Positions 9,954-19,658 of a stretch of DNA of 64,000 bases are shown here, piece after piece (position 1 is the stretch's first letter; each line of letters starts with the position of its first letter). The stretch comes from Methanobacteriota archaeon (GTDB taxonomy: Archaea; Thermoplasmatota; Poseidoniia; Poseidoniales; Poseidoniaceae). The position numbers and the translations under genes are program-made. Below the pieces are notes generated by a model. That model was not told where the DNA came from and did no database searches. It was given only the letters and a program-made list of their open reading frames with translations. The stretch is taken from positions 91,927 through 155,926 of the forward strand of contig PBDU01000011.1 of assembly GCA_002718195.1 (NCBI GenBank), read 5' to 3'.

Positions 9954-11093
9954 TTAAGATTGAAATTCCCCGTTGATTAAAAACGGTTTATCATCAACAT
10001 ATATGTTGGCAGATTTCATAATTCCTACCATGTTGATTCCGACATTAGCATTTCCTCCGAATGTAGAATTATCTCCCATGGAAAAGTAGCAAGAGCCGTA
10101 GCATTTTTCATCTTCGAGGGCATTTCCAACCAATTTAGCCATCGGATTCAGTCCAATGCCAAACTCGGCTATTGTCCAAACTAAATCTTGATCTTTCTTG
10201 GGTAATTTCAGAGCATGTTGAGAAAAGTCGTTTTTGATTCTAACGGCAAGGTCTCCACCAGAAATATCCATCACTAATCCATTTTCAATTTGCAGAACCA
10301 GATTTTCTTCGATTAAATTCGAATCCCACGATCCATCGATAACGAGAGTTCCATTCATGCTTCCTTCTTTGGGCATAACGAAGATTTTCCCTGCAGGTAG
10401 GTTTGTAATCATCTTTGGACGATTACAGATTCCGTTGTCATCCTGGTTCCAATCTCTCCAACCCACCTCGAAACTAAGATCGGTTCCATTTTCGTGTCTT
10501 ACTGAAATGAATCTTTTCCTTCTGAGGGCTATTGCCTTCTCGGATATTTCACCTTTGATTGACTCAAAATTTGCTGTTATTCCACCTTCAGTGAATAATT
10601 TGGTAGTAATTCCTGGCATCGTTGCGATTCTTGCCCTTTCATTTAGTGCAGTTCTTGCGGCTTTAGTGTGAGTGATAGAATATTTTGTTGGTGCGATGAT
10701 GACGTTTTGTTGCCTCATCAAGTTCGACACTGGAGTGGGTGGCTCATCACCATGATGCTTACCCTTTGGCATCATCATAAGAAGAACTCTATCGCTTAAC
10801 GTTAGGGCTGCCTCATGTAATGCTGCCCCAATTTCGCTAGTAGATGGATCACAGATAATCAGAACATTTTCGTTTCTTCTTATGTCCATACAAACCCTAG
10901 TTACTGTTTTAGCAGAAGCATTCAGTTTTTGTGTTAGTTCAGAGTCTTGTTCAGAATCTATCGTTTTCTGTTCAGCATTACGATTTGAAGTAAGTTCTTC
11001 CTCTATCTGGTCAACAATTTCTAGAATCTCACTATCGTCTGGGACTTGTTCCCCTTCCACTGGAGTGTTTTTCCTGCGGAATGGTAGGACCAT
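9954..11093 (-). CDS. Aminopeptidase, MEROPS family M29 (AmpS / aminopeptidase T-like)
   Basis: Overall M29 pattern (VLIICDPST..., HENGTDLSFEV, GSWDSNL, EFGIGLNP, YFSMGDN) and length 379 aa. Confidence 0.65.
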   Translation of the reverse strand: MVLPFRRKNTPVEGEQVPDDSEILEIVDQIEEELTSNRNAEQKTIDSEQDSELTQKLNASAKTVTRVCMDIRRNENVLIICDPSTSEIGAALHEAALTLSDRVLLMMMPKGKHHGDEPPTPVSNLMRQQNVIIAPTKYSITHTKAARTALNERARIATMPGITTKLFTEGGITANFESIKGEISEKAIALRRKRFISVRHENGTDLSFEVGWRDWNQDDNGICNRPKMITNLPAGKIFVMPKEGSMNGTLVIDGSWDSNLIEENLVLQIENGLVMDISGGDLAVRIKNDFSQHALKLPKKDQDLVWTIAEFGIGLNPMAKLVGNALEDEKCYGSCYFSMGDNSTFGGNANVGINMVGIMKSANIYVDDKPFLINGEFQS

Positions 11094-11193
11094 GGTTAGT
11101 CCAAGATTTCATCTCTATTCAATTTGTGGCAGTTATTTTAATTCGAGATTTAGAATCACAAGCCTTCTTCATGCATCATGAATTGGGCGAGTC

Positions 11194-12690
11194 ATGGCGA
11201 AAGAACAACTCTTCATCTCGAGAGTCAAAGATATTTACAGGCTGAATGGAATAAGAGGGCACCTAGGGTGGGACCAAGAAACAATTATGCCAAAAGGTGG
11301 TGCAGAATCTAGGTCAGATATTCTCTCTTGGTTGGCAGCAGAAGTTCACAAGAGAATGACAGATCCAGAATTGAAGCAATTAATCTCAGAACTTGCAGAA
11401 TCGGGGACTGATCAGGACCTTTCTTCAAATTTGAGAGAAATGAAAAGAGAGGTCGACAAAGCACTTTTACTTCCTGAGTCGTTTGTACAAGAATTTGCAA
11501 AAGCACGTTCTGAGGCGTTGTTAACTTGGCAGAAAGCAAGACAAGAATCTGATTTCTCCTTATTCCAATCCTCACTTGAAAATCTCGTTGAAATGACAAG
11601 GAAAAAAATCGAATACTTGCCAAAGAAAGATACTCCATATGATACTCTACTAGATGAATATGAAGTTGGTATGACCGTCGCTGATTATGATGAATTATTT
11701 GAAGGTCTGAGAGTTAGGTTGGTTCCACTTTTGGCTAAAATTATGGAGGCAAAGAAGAATATGTCCATTCCTAAATTACCTTCGGAAATGGAATTTTCAG
11801 AGCAAGCACAAACAAGATTCTGTCAGAAAGTTAGCGAAGCGATGGGCTTTGACTTTGATTACGGTAGGATGGATGCATCAACCCATCCATTCTCAGCAGG
11901 ACTATGGAAAGGGGATACCAGGTTTACTACCCGATTTGATGAGAAGGACCCATTTTCTTGTTTGTATGCCGTAATGCATGAAACAGGGCATGCATTGTAT
12001 GAACAAGGACTTCATCCAGAACATTCTCTTACGCCTCGAGGATCAGCAATCTCACTTGGCGTCCATGAATCACAATCTCGTTTTTGGGAAAACCAGATTG
12101 GAAGAACCAGTGAGTTTTGGGAGGTAGCCCTACCTTGGTTCAAGGAGGAATTCCCAGACAGCCCCGATTGGACGAGCGCTGAACTGAATCTAATTGCAAA
12201 TCAGGTTGATACCTCTTTCATTAGAGTAGAGGCAGATGAGGTGACTTACAACCTTCACATAATGTTGAGATATGAAATTGAAAAGAAGATCTTCAACGAA
12301 GGACTCAAAGTTTCAGAGATTCCAAAAGTATGGAATCAAATGTTCAAAGATTGGTTTGGTATAACTCCAAGCAATGATACTGAGGGTTGTCTTCAAGACA
12401 TACACTGGTCAATGTCGGCATTTGGTTACTTTCCGACTTACACATTGGGTAATTTGTATGCTTCGCAACTCATGAATAAAATTGATGAAGAGCTTGGAAG
12501 TGTTTCTGAAATGACAAAATCTGGAGACTGGTCGAAAATGCTTAGATGGCTAAAAGAGAAAATTCATGAAAAAGGGAGTTTGCTAACTCCAAGTGAATTG
12601 ATAGAATCTGCTACAGGAAAACCGCCTACTAGTGATGATTTCTTGGACTACCTTGAAGAGAAATACGGTAAATTATACTCTTTATCCTGA
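11194..12690 (+). CDS. Carboxypeptidase Taq-like metallo-carboxypeptidase, family M32
   Basis: HETGHALYEQG HEXXH zinc motif, HESQSRFWEN, and DIHWSMSAFGYFPTYTLGNLYASQL, all characteristic of M32. 498 aa. Confidence 0.85.
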   Translation: MAKEQLFISRVKDIYRLNGIRGHLGWDQETIMPKGGAESRSDILSWLAAEVHKRMTDPELKQLISELAESGTDQDLSSNLREMKREVDKALLLPESFVQEFAKARSEALLTWQKARQESDFSLFQSSLENLVEMTRKKIEYLPKKDTPYDTLLDEYEVGMTVADYDELFEGLRVRLVPLLAKIMEAKKNMSIPKLPSEMEFSEQAQTRFCQKVSEAMGFDFDYGRMDASTHPFSAGLWKGDTRFTTRFDEKDPFSCLYAVMHETGHALYEQGLHPEHSLTPRGSAISLGVHESQSRFWENQIGRTSEFWEVALPWFKEEFPDSPDWTSAELNLIANQVDTSFIRVEADEVTYNLHIMLRYEIEKKIFNEGLKVSEIPKVWNQMFKDWFGITPSNDTEGCLQDIHWSMSAFGYFPTYTLGNLYASQLMNKIDEELGSVSEMTKSGDWSKMLRWLKEKIHEKGSLLTPSELIESATGKPPTSDDFLDYLEEKYGKLYSLS

Positions 12691-14100
12691 TTAACTCCAT
12701 GGCAGCATAACCAATGCTTCTCCAACTTCTCCAGCGGAGACCATCACTTCTCCCTTCTGCCCAGTCTTGTGATTTCTTTGGAAAACAGGGACTCCTCCAA
12801 CTACTGTTAATTGTGTCCAGCCGGTTAACTCTCTGCCACGATTTGGATTCCACCCCACTCTCGACCATGAGTTCTCATCTTGGACAATAGCAGTATTTTC
12901 CATATCAACCAAAATGATGTCACCGTCATAGCCCACCTCTAATTTTCCTTTACCTTGCATCTGGAAAAGTGCAGCAGGAGCTGCTGACATCCAATTGACT
13001 ACGTCAAAGATACTACAAGTTCCTTCATTAGCATGGGTGAGCATTACTGCAAGGGAAGTTTCCACTCCAGGCATGCCGCTTGGTGCTTTAGGGAAACCCT
13101 TTGATTTTGCTTCAAGTGTATGAGGTGCATGGTCGGTAGCGATGCATTGTATAGTTCCATTTTTCAGTCCTTTCCAAAGTAATTCCTTGTCTTTGGCGTA
13201 TCTAATAGGAGGGTTCATTTTCAATCGAGTCCCTTCTCTTTCAACATCAAGTTCATCAAAAGTCAAATGCTGTGGAAGAGTTTCTGTGGTAATTATGGCT
13301 CCAGAATCGAATGAGTCTGGCATTCCAGTAATTCCTTGCAGCCATTCTGCTTCTATTCCGCTTGTCAAGTGTAAAATATGGAGCCTATGTCCATGTCTTT
13401 GAGCTAAGTCTACGGCTCTCTTTGTTGCAATCAGGGCTGTTTGGTCGTCTCGCCATTCAGCATGAGCAGCCATATCTGTCCTTTCCTTATGCATCTCCCA
13501 TCTTTCATCCATCCTAGTTTCATCTTCTGCATGAACTGCGATCAAGCCCGCAGTACCTGAAAAGATAGTTTCAAGAGCGTCCTGTCCATTCACTAGAAGT
13601 GTTCCAGTAGATGAGCCCATGAAGATCTTTATTCCGCAGATTCCTGGAATTGCGATAGGTTTGTCGGGAGTTCCTACAGCTTCCTGTAAATCTTCTACAT
13701 TGTCAGGAGTCGCTCCGATGAAGAAACCGTAGTTTGTGATGCATTTACTTGCTGCAGTGTCCAATTTTCCTTGCATGCCTTTCAAATCTGTAATCGATGG
13801 AACGTTGTTTGGCATATCCAAAAACGAGGTTATTCCACCGCTTGCGGCAGCGACACTTCCGCTGTATAGGTCTTCTTTTTCGGGTTGTCCAGGATCTCTA
13901 AAGTGAACTTGGGGGTCTATCATTCCCGGCATCAGATGCAAACCGGTTCCATCAACGACTAATTCCCCCTCCTTAGCTTCGATTTTTGTGCTAGTAGAGA
14001 TTTCGTGGATAATACCATCTTGAATCCTTAGGTCACCAACTAATATTTCGCTTTCAAGCACGATACTTGCGTTTGTTACAAGCAGGTTTCCTTTTGGCAT
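12691..14100 (-). CDS. Cyclic amidohydrolase of the dihydroorotase / allantoinase / dihydropyrimidinase family (probably dihydroorotase)
   Basis: Metal-binding signature DPQVHFRDPG (H-x-H), plus downstream HAED, HILHLTSG and ATDHAPH motifs of the amidohydrolase TIM barrel. 469 aa. Confidence 0.7.
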   Translation of the reverse strand: MPKGNLLVTNASIVLESEILVGDLRIQDGIIHEISTSTKIEAKEGELVVDGTGLHLMPGMIDPQVHFRDPGQPEKEDLYSGSVAAASGGITSFLDMPNNVPSITDLKGMQGKLDTAASKCITNYGFFIGATPDNVEDLQEAVGTPDKPIAIPGICGIKIFMGSSTGTLLVNGQDALETIFSGTAGLIAVHAEDETRMDERWEMHKERTDMAAHAEWRDDQTALIATKRAVDLAQRHGHRLHILHLTSGIEAEWLQGITGMPDSFDSGAIITTETLPQHLTFDELDVEREGTRLKMNPPIRYAKDKELLWKGLKNGTIQCIATDHAPHTLEAKSKGFPKAPSGMPGVETSLAVMLTHANEGTCSIFDVVNWMSAAPAALFQMQGKGKLEVGYDGDIILVDMENTAIVQDENSWSRVGWNPNRGRELTGWTQLTVVGGVPVFQRNHKTGQKGEVMVSAGEVGEALVMLPWS

Positions 14101-14144
14101 GGTATTAGCAATAGGATTAGGCTAATCAACTATTTCTATGAAAT

Positions 14145-14729
14145 TTATTTTCTAATCGCTGACTTTGGTCTGAAATCATCACATACTGTTTTGTCGCAAT
14201 GGATATATCCTCCACCAATTAAATCAACACAATAAGGCACTGCTCGCCATATCTCGTCAATAGTTTCTCTGATTGCCTTCGGTCGTCCAGGAAGGTTAAA
14301 GATCAAACTTTGTCCTCTAACCCCACCTAGTTGCCTTGAAAGGATTGCAGTTGGTACGAAAGCGAGGGATATTGCTCGCATTTGTTCACCAAATCCTGGC
14401 AGTAATTTTTCTATCACATCCTCAGTTGCTTCAGGCGTAACATCCCTGTGTGCAGGTCCAGTACCTCCTGTAGTCACTATAACGTCACATCCCAAAACGT
14501 CTGAGAAATGAATAAGTTCGTCTCGAATCTTATTGCGCTCATCAGGAACACACGAGTAATTCACTTCGAATTCGTTTAACAATGCCTCTTTGAAGAATTC
14601 AAGAATTGCTGGACCTCCTTGATCCTCATATTCTCCAATTGATGCTCTATCGCTAACTGTTATGATTCCGAGTTTCAATCTGTCTCCAAGATTACCTTCT
14701 CTTGCTTGTATAAGCGTTATTTTTTCCAA
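14145..14729 (-). CDS. Molybdopterin adenylyltransferase / MoaB-MogA family protein
   Basis: LGIITVSDRAS and the GGTG motif (VIVTTGGTGPAHRDVTPEA) are typical of the MogA/MoaB fold. Confidence 0.75.
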   Translation of the reverse strand: MEKITLIQAREGNLGDRLKLGIITVSDRASIGEYEDQGGPAILEFFKEALLNEFEVNYSCVPDERNKIRDELIHFSDVLGCDVIVTTGGTGPAHRDVTPEATEDVIEKLLPGFGEQMRAISLAFVPTAILSRQLGGVRGQSLIFNLPGRPKAIRETIDEIWRAVPYCVDLIGGGYIHCDKTVCDDFRPKSAIRK

Positions 14730-14738
14730 GCAAGCACC

Positions 14739-16919
14739 TCATTCTGTACCGTATTTTGAGGAGAATTCTTCGTGGAAATTTTCCAAAAGAGTATCCTCGA
14801 AAAGCTCTGCTTGTCTTCGATTTTTGGTCGTTCTCATGTGAATTACCGCTAACAAGATAAATACACAGATTGCGATTGGTATGAATGCTTCTAACCTGTA
14901 TGCGTGCATGAATCGTATAATTCCTTCAGCGGTGTATGCCCAAGTCACCGAAGCAGCAGTACCGCCTACTAGAACAGCCCATAATACTCGCATGAACTTC
15001 ATTCTTGATAGCATTCCAAGCATAGATCCTACAATTACACCAGAGGCCATAAACGGAATCCAAACAAAACCGATTAATCCCCAGAATCCATATTTGTTAA
15101 TCATGTCTCTCTTTTCGTTGGCAGTGTATTCCACCGTTGATAGCAGATTACCAACGAATTTAGTTTGAAGAACTCTGCCTCCTAGACCATCTTGTTTTGC
15201 AATAGCAGCGACTCTGTCTTTTGATTTCTTATCAGATTCAACCCTTCCAGCACCGGATCTATCGGCAAGAGTCGAGACTTGGTTTCTCACTTTCATAACG
15301 AGTTGTTGCCTGTCAAATAAATCTGGAATCTCCTTGGTGAGGAATTCGTGCAGATTATTTTGAATATCTACAGCAGTTTCTTTGAATCTGAAGAAAGCAA
15401 ACCTCGTGTTTGGTTTGAAAATTAGATTTACCAATACGTTCCTGTCATCGCTTGTGACAATACAGCCGACCATTGCAAGATTTGGCTTGTCTGAGAAGTA
15501 CTTGTCAAGTGCCTCCCTTACATTATCTTCGATACTTGAAAGCGTGTGCAGGTCATCAAAGAATGAAGTATAATCCATACCTTTGGATAAATCAGCTTTC
15601 TCCGATCTTCCAACTCCTATTCCAGAATCAAAGTCAATAGCGCCGGAATCTGAACCAATGCTTCTTACTGTTAACTGAACTGGTTTGAAGACTCTAAAAA
15701 TGGCAAATTCTTCTAGGATTTCCCTCAATACTTCTGCTCTTACATCCATGTGGTCAGAGAGTGTATCGTCAGTATCCTTGTAGGGTACGATTATGTCAAC
15801 CGATAAGTCTCTTGGATCGACTTTGAACAATTCCCAATCCACATCGATTTTTAGCCGGGTCGCTGATTTTTCCACAGTTTCTAGAACTAGTTGAGTGATA
15901 TGGTGCCTTGATAGCATGTCGTCAGTGTCTTGATGATAGACCTTGTACATTAATGGGTAAAGAAGGAAAAGTGATACCACTGATAAGGACAATGAAATGT
16001 ATGCCATCCACCAAGCAGGTATTCCAGCAGCCCCACCACTAAGCATTGCAGTCTCACGTCCACCACCAAGTTCTGCCCCCATCAACACGAATCCCCAATT
16101 ACCTAATTCCGTCATGGTCCAGCAGTTTCTGACGCCGCTTTCTATGACGTGTGCCTCTAAGTGTGATTCATCACTTATCATCGGTAAACCTGAAAGTGGT
16201 GAAGAAGTATTTTCTAATTTGAATACGATCGAGTTAGTAGCAATCTCTCCTTGTTCCCCATCATCTGTGGACTTATCCACTGAAATTGAAACCTCTAAAC
16301 GATAGGTGGCTTCGTCTAAATCATGGAATGATACGGAAGTTTCGACAGTCCCAGAGCTGCTAACCGTCATATTTTCCTCTTGCTTAAGTTCAAATCTCTC
16401 TGTGTTTTCATCTACAACTTCAAAGAAACTTGAGTTGACAAATGCTAATCCTTGGTCTAGATTGTATCCACCAATGGCAATGGCTTCGTTGTCGTTGTCC
16501 GTGTAAAGGTGGACCCACGGAGTCTCACTGATTTCATTGCATTCATCACCTCTATCTAGTAAGGTTTGACTTGCTGCGTGATCCATCCAAGTTGAATCCC
16601 CAAACACGCCAGAGCTCATGGAAAATAGGAGAAGTGCAAATAGCGCTCCATAAACAAAACCGAGGATTAAAACGAAGTCTTCGACTTGAGTTGGAAATCT
16701 TTTTCCTTTGTCATTTGCTCTTCTACGACGAATGCTCGCAAGGTCCTTGGAAACTGAAGCATCTTTGTTGGGCTGGTCGGAATTGTCATGACTGGACTTC
16801 TTAGAATCTCCACCAGCCATGTCAAGTCCAGTAAGTTCCATTTCATCAACGCTTTGCTTCATTTTGATGAGAGTATTTGAATATCTGTACTCAGTATACT
16901 GATTATATTTTGAAATCAT
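14739..16919 (-). CDS. Large hypothetical polytopic membrane protein, 726 aa
   Basis: Low-complexity charged N-terminus, several predicted TM helices (N-terminal, central and a C-terminal cluster YGFWGLIGFVWIPFMASGVIVGSMLGML...). No recognisable catalytic motif. Confidence 0.5.
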   Translation of the reverse strand: MISKYNQYTEYRYSNTLIKMKQSVDEMELTGLDMAGGDSKKSSHDNSDQPNKDASVSKDLASIRRRRANDKGKRFPTQVEDFVLILGFVYGALFALLLFSMSSGVFGDSTWMDHAASQTLLDRGDECNEISETPWVHLYTDNDNEAIAIGGYNLDQGLAFVNSSFFEVVDENTERFELKQEENMTVSSSGTVETSVSFHDLDEATYRLEVSISVDKSTDDGEQGEIATNSIVFKLENTSSPLSGLPMISDESHLEAHVIESGVRNCWTMTELGNWGFVLMGAELGGGRETAMLSGGAAGIPAWWMAYISLSLSVVSLFLLYPLMYKVYHQDTDDMLSRHHITQLVLETVEKSATRLKIDVDWELFKVDPRDLSVDIIVPYKDTDDTLSDHMDVRAEVLREILEEFAIFRVFKPVQLTVRSIGSDSGAIDFDSGIGVGRSEKADLSKGMDYTSFFDDLHTLSSIEDNVREALDKYFSDKPNLAMVGCIVTSDDRNVLVNLIFKPNTRFAFFRFKETAVDIQNNLHEFLTKEIPDLFDRQQLVMKVRNQVSTLADRSGAGRVESDKKSKDRVAAIAKQDGLGGRVLQTKFVGNLLSTVEYTANEKRDMINKYGFWGLIGFVWIPFMASGVIVGSMLGMLSRMKFMRVLWAVLVGGTAASVTWAYTAEGIIRFMHAYRLEAFIPIAICVFILLAVIHMRTTKNRRQAELFEDTLLENFHEEFSSKYGTE

Positions 16920-16985
16920 ATTTCGAAAATCGATATTGCAGATAGCGAAGGATTGAAGTCATGCGGGTTTTGGCGAGATTGCTCG

Positions 16986-17057
16986 GGGTCAGTAGCTTAG
17001 TGGGAGAGCGCCGCACTGAAGATGCGGAGGTCGCTGGTTCAAGTCCGGCCTGACCCA
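16986..17057 (+). tRNA. tRNA-Phe (anticodon GAA)
   Basis: Manual cloverleaf: acceptor GGGTCAG/CTGACCC; D-arm GCTT-AGTGGGA-GAGC; anticodon stem CCGCA/TGCGG with loop CTGAAGA (GAA); T-arm GCTGG-TTCAAGT-CCGGC; discriminator A. No encoded CCA. Confidence 0.9.
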
Positions 17058-17074
17058 CCTTCCAAAGCACTTGA

Positions 17075-17485
17075 TTAGTTTCTCATTTTTTCTGGTACAT
17101 CATAGATGCCACCTGCAATTAGAAGAGTAGTTATGATCATTAATATCTGAATTGATAATCTAATCAAATGGAATGATTGTCCATAGGTCACACCACCCAA
17201 AGGAATGTCGTTGACCCACATGTTTAGGTTAGCCCAGTAAATTCCCAAAAGGAAAACAAATGTCCCGATAGCAGCAATTCTTCTTGTTTTTGGAATGATT
17301 AAACCTAGCCCTAATCCAATTTCCATGTATCCGGTTACAAGGACCCAAAATCTTGCATTTTCGAAGAATTTTGGCACTATGGGCTCGAACCATTCTGTGT
17401 CGGTAAAGTGTTGAATTCCAACCCATGTAAAGGCAAAACCTAAGAAAATTGCAGCAAGATGTAAAACAAGAGGCTTGGTCTTCAC
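17075..17485 (-). CDS. DoxX-family small membrane protein
   Basis: 136 aa with 4 predicted TM helices and a DoxX-like pattern (LVLHLAAIFLGFAFTWVGIQHF...). Confidence 0.55.
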   Translation of the reverse strand: MKTKPLVLHLAAIFLGFAFTWVGIQHFTDTEWFEPIVPKFFENARFWVLVTGYMEIGLGLGLIIPKTRRIAAIGTFVFLLGIYWANLNMWVNDIPLGGVTYGQSFHLIRLSIQILMIITTLLIAGGIYDVPEKMRN

Positions 17486-17543
17486 AGCATTCTGAAAGAT
17501 TGTCTCATTATTGATAATTTGTATAAGAAAAACCTTTCAAAAA

Positions 17544-18368
17544 TCATTGAATGCCCTCTAAAGCAATCTTTTGAGCCTCGAAGATAGTATCTATACCACC
17601 GTCTGCTACGGATAGAAGTTTGATCAACTCTTCTCCAGAGAAAGTGCTCTCTTCCCCAGTTCCTTGAATCTCAACATACCTACCATCACTGGTTTTGATT
17701 ACATTCATGTCAACATCAGCATTAGAGTCTAAGTCATAATCAAGGTCTAAGTACACTTCACCATCAATCAGACCAACCGAAACCGCTGCTAATTCATGTG
17801 GAAGCACTCTTGCTTCATGGGATTTCTTTTCTTCATTTGTCATAGTGGCTGGAGCGACTCCTTCCTTCTTTTGGTCCTCGGTTAATCTCAGGTCAGCAGG
17901 CATACATGTGCCGTTTGCAATTAGTCTTCTGACCGCTAGTCTCAAAGCGATATTACCTGCTGTAATAGCAGCACATCTTGTACCACCGTCTGCATTAAGG
18001 ACATCACAATCCACATTCAGTGCTATTGGACCCAATTCTTCCAAATCAACTGCTGCTCTCAAGGAACGAGCAATCAATCTTTCAATTTCCTGAGTTCTTC
18101 CTTTAGCTCCTCTTCTCTCCCTTCTGAATCTAGAATCAGTGGATGCTGGTAGAAGAGAGTATTCAGCATGGACCCAGCCTTTGGTAGCGTTTCTTGGGAA
18201 CCAGCCAGGAAGCCTTGCTTCCTTGGTAACACATGCAAGAATGACGGTGTCTCCCTGTCTGTAAAGCACGGATGCAAGTGCATTAGGAGTGAAGTCCAAC
18301 TCAACTTCTACGTGACGCATTTCGTTCTTTTCTCGTTTTGGGGTGAAACCAGACTTGATTTTTGCCAT
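17544..18368 (-). CDS. rph: Ribonuclease PH (bacterial-type rph), with a ~45-aa C-terminal insertion
   Basis: Close match to the RNase PH core: HAEYSLLPASTDSR...RGAKGRTQEIERLIARSLRAAVDLEELG and NVDCDVLNADGGTRCAAITAG (compare E. coli Rph TAEYGMLPRSTHTR...GRTMEIQRLIGRSLRAAVD). Confidence 0.8.
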   Translation of the reverse strand: MAKIKSGFTPKREKNEMRHVEVELDFTPNALASVLYRQGDTVILACVTKEARLPGWFPRNATKGWVHAEYSLLPASTDSRFRRERRGAKGRTQEIERLIARSLRAAVDLEELGPIALNVDCDVLNADGGTRCAAITAGNIALRLAVRRLIANGTCMPADLRLTEDQKKEGVAPATMTNEEKKSHEARVLPHELAAVSVGLIDGEVYLDLDYDLDSNADVDMNVIKTSDGRYVEIQGTGEESTFSGEELIKLLSVADGGIDTIFEAQKIALEGIQ

Positions 18369-18464
18369 GTCCTGTCCAAAATTAACTTCCGTTTCAATGA
18401 ATCGGCTTGTTTTTCCAATTACTCAGCATGAAAAGTTGAATATCTCGTTTTATCTCGGAATTTT

Positions 18465-19658
18465 ATGGGAGAGAAGCGAGTCGTAATTTGTGGGGTTGCT
18501 AGAACCCCTATAGGCAGGTTCATGGGGACTTTATCTCCATTCTCAGCGGTAGACCTCGGTGTTGCTTCAGTTAAGGAATTGTTGAAAAGAACAGGAATAG
18601 ACCCTGATTCTGGATTAGTTGAAGAGGTAATTTTTGGACAAGTCTTGCAAGCAGGAGCAGGTCAAAATCCTGCAAGGCAAGTTGCCTTAGGCTCAGGACT
18701 TCCAGTTTCAACTCCTTGTGTGACAATCAACAAGGTGTGCGGCTCCTCACTCAAAGCAGCAATGCTAGCAGCTAACTCAATCAGAGCGGGCGAGTACAAG
18801 GTTGTAATTGCAGGTGGTATGGAATCTATGACCAATGCACCTCAATTATTATTCAAACAAAGATTTGGACAAAAAATGGGTGATTCAATGTTGATTGACT
18901 CTATGATTTACGATGGTCTATGGGATGTTTACAACGACATGCACATGGGAAATACTGGAGAGGTTGTCTCTGAAGAGTTTGAAGTAAGCAGAGAACAAAT
19001 GGATGAATTTGCCGCAAGATCACAAAGGCTTGCAACCGAAGCAGAATCCAACGGCTGGTTTGATTGGGAGAGGTTTGCAATGGAGATTCCTCAAAGAAGA
19101 GGCGATCCATTAATTTTCAACGTGGACGAAGGTGTCAGAGCTGGTACAACTGCTGACGGTTTGGCAAATTTGAGACCAGTTTTCAAACAAAATGGAAGAG
19201 TCACAGCTGGTAATTCGAGTACATTGAATGATGGTGCGAGTGCGATACTTGTAGCAGAATACCAGACTGCAATGGATAATGGTTGGGAGATAATTGCCAC
19301 AATTGAGGATTATTGTACCAGCGGTTTGGAGCCAGAGAGGGTTATGGCTGCCCCAATTCCTGCAATCAACACATTGCTAAAGAGGAATAAACTCGAGGTA
19401 CTAGATGTCGATGTTTACGAGCACAATGAGGCTTTCGCTGCCGCATCATGTGCTGTGGCAAAAGAAGTAGGAATTCCAGAGGATAGATTCAATCTTCACG
19501 GTGGAGCAGTTAGTTTAGGTCATCCACTGGGAGCGAGTGGAACAAGATGCCTCATCACAATGATTGGTGTTATGAGAAGAAAAGATGCAAAGTCAGGAAT
19601 TGTTTCTCTCTGTTTAGGTGGAGGAAACGCTGTGGCTATGCTAGTAAAAAGGGATTAG
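18465..19658 (+). CDS. Acetyl-CoA C-acetyltransferase (thiolase II)
   Basis: VICGVARTPIGRF, NKVCGSSLKA (active-site Cys), GGMESMTNAP, and a C-terminal GHPLGASG ... CLGGGNAVA. 397 aa. Confidence 0.9.
   Translation: MGEKRVVICGVARTPIGRFMGTLSPFSAVDLGVASVKELLKRTGIDPDSGLVEEVIFGQVLQAGAGQNPARQVALGSGLPVSTPCVTINKVCGSSLKAAMLAANSIRAGEYKVVIAGGMESMTNAPQLLFKQRFGQKMGDSMLIDSMIYDGLWDVYNDMHMGNTGEVVSEEFEVSREQMDEFAARSQRLATEAESNGWFDWERFAMEIPQRRGDPLIFNVDEGVRAGTTADGLANLRPVFKQNGRVTAGNSSTLNDGASAILVAEYQTAMDNGWEIIATIEDYCTSGLEPERVMAAPIPAINTLLKRNKLEVLDVDVYEHNEAFAAASCAVAKEVGIPEDRFNLHGGAVSLGHPLGASGTRCLITMIGVMRRKDAKSGIVSLCLGGGNAVAMLVKRD

Noticed and set aside
10234-10671. 145-aa ORF on the plus strand inside the M29 aminopeptidase gene. 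Similar antisense or shadow ORFs include 4852-5223, 6037-6360, 24519-25077, 26340-26894, 36284-36748, 40201-40621, 49547-50113 and 57816-58349.
   Set aside because: Each is fully embedded antisense to, or out of frame with, a long ORF with clear homology and motifs. The translations are low-complexity or hydrophobic junk, so these are shadow ORFs.
17544-18368. Annotation as the archaeal exosome subunit Rrp41
   Set aside because: The motif-level similarity is much closer to bacterial RNase PH (AEY..LP.ST..R, GRT.EI.RLI.RSLRAAVDL). There are no Rrp4, Rrp42 or Csl4 neighbours, so it is called rph instead.
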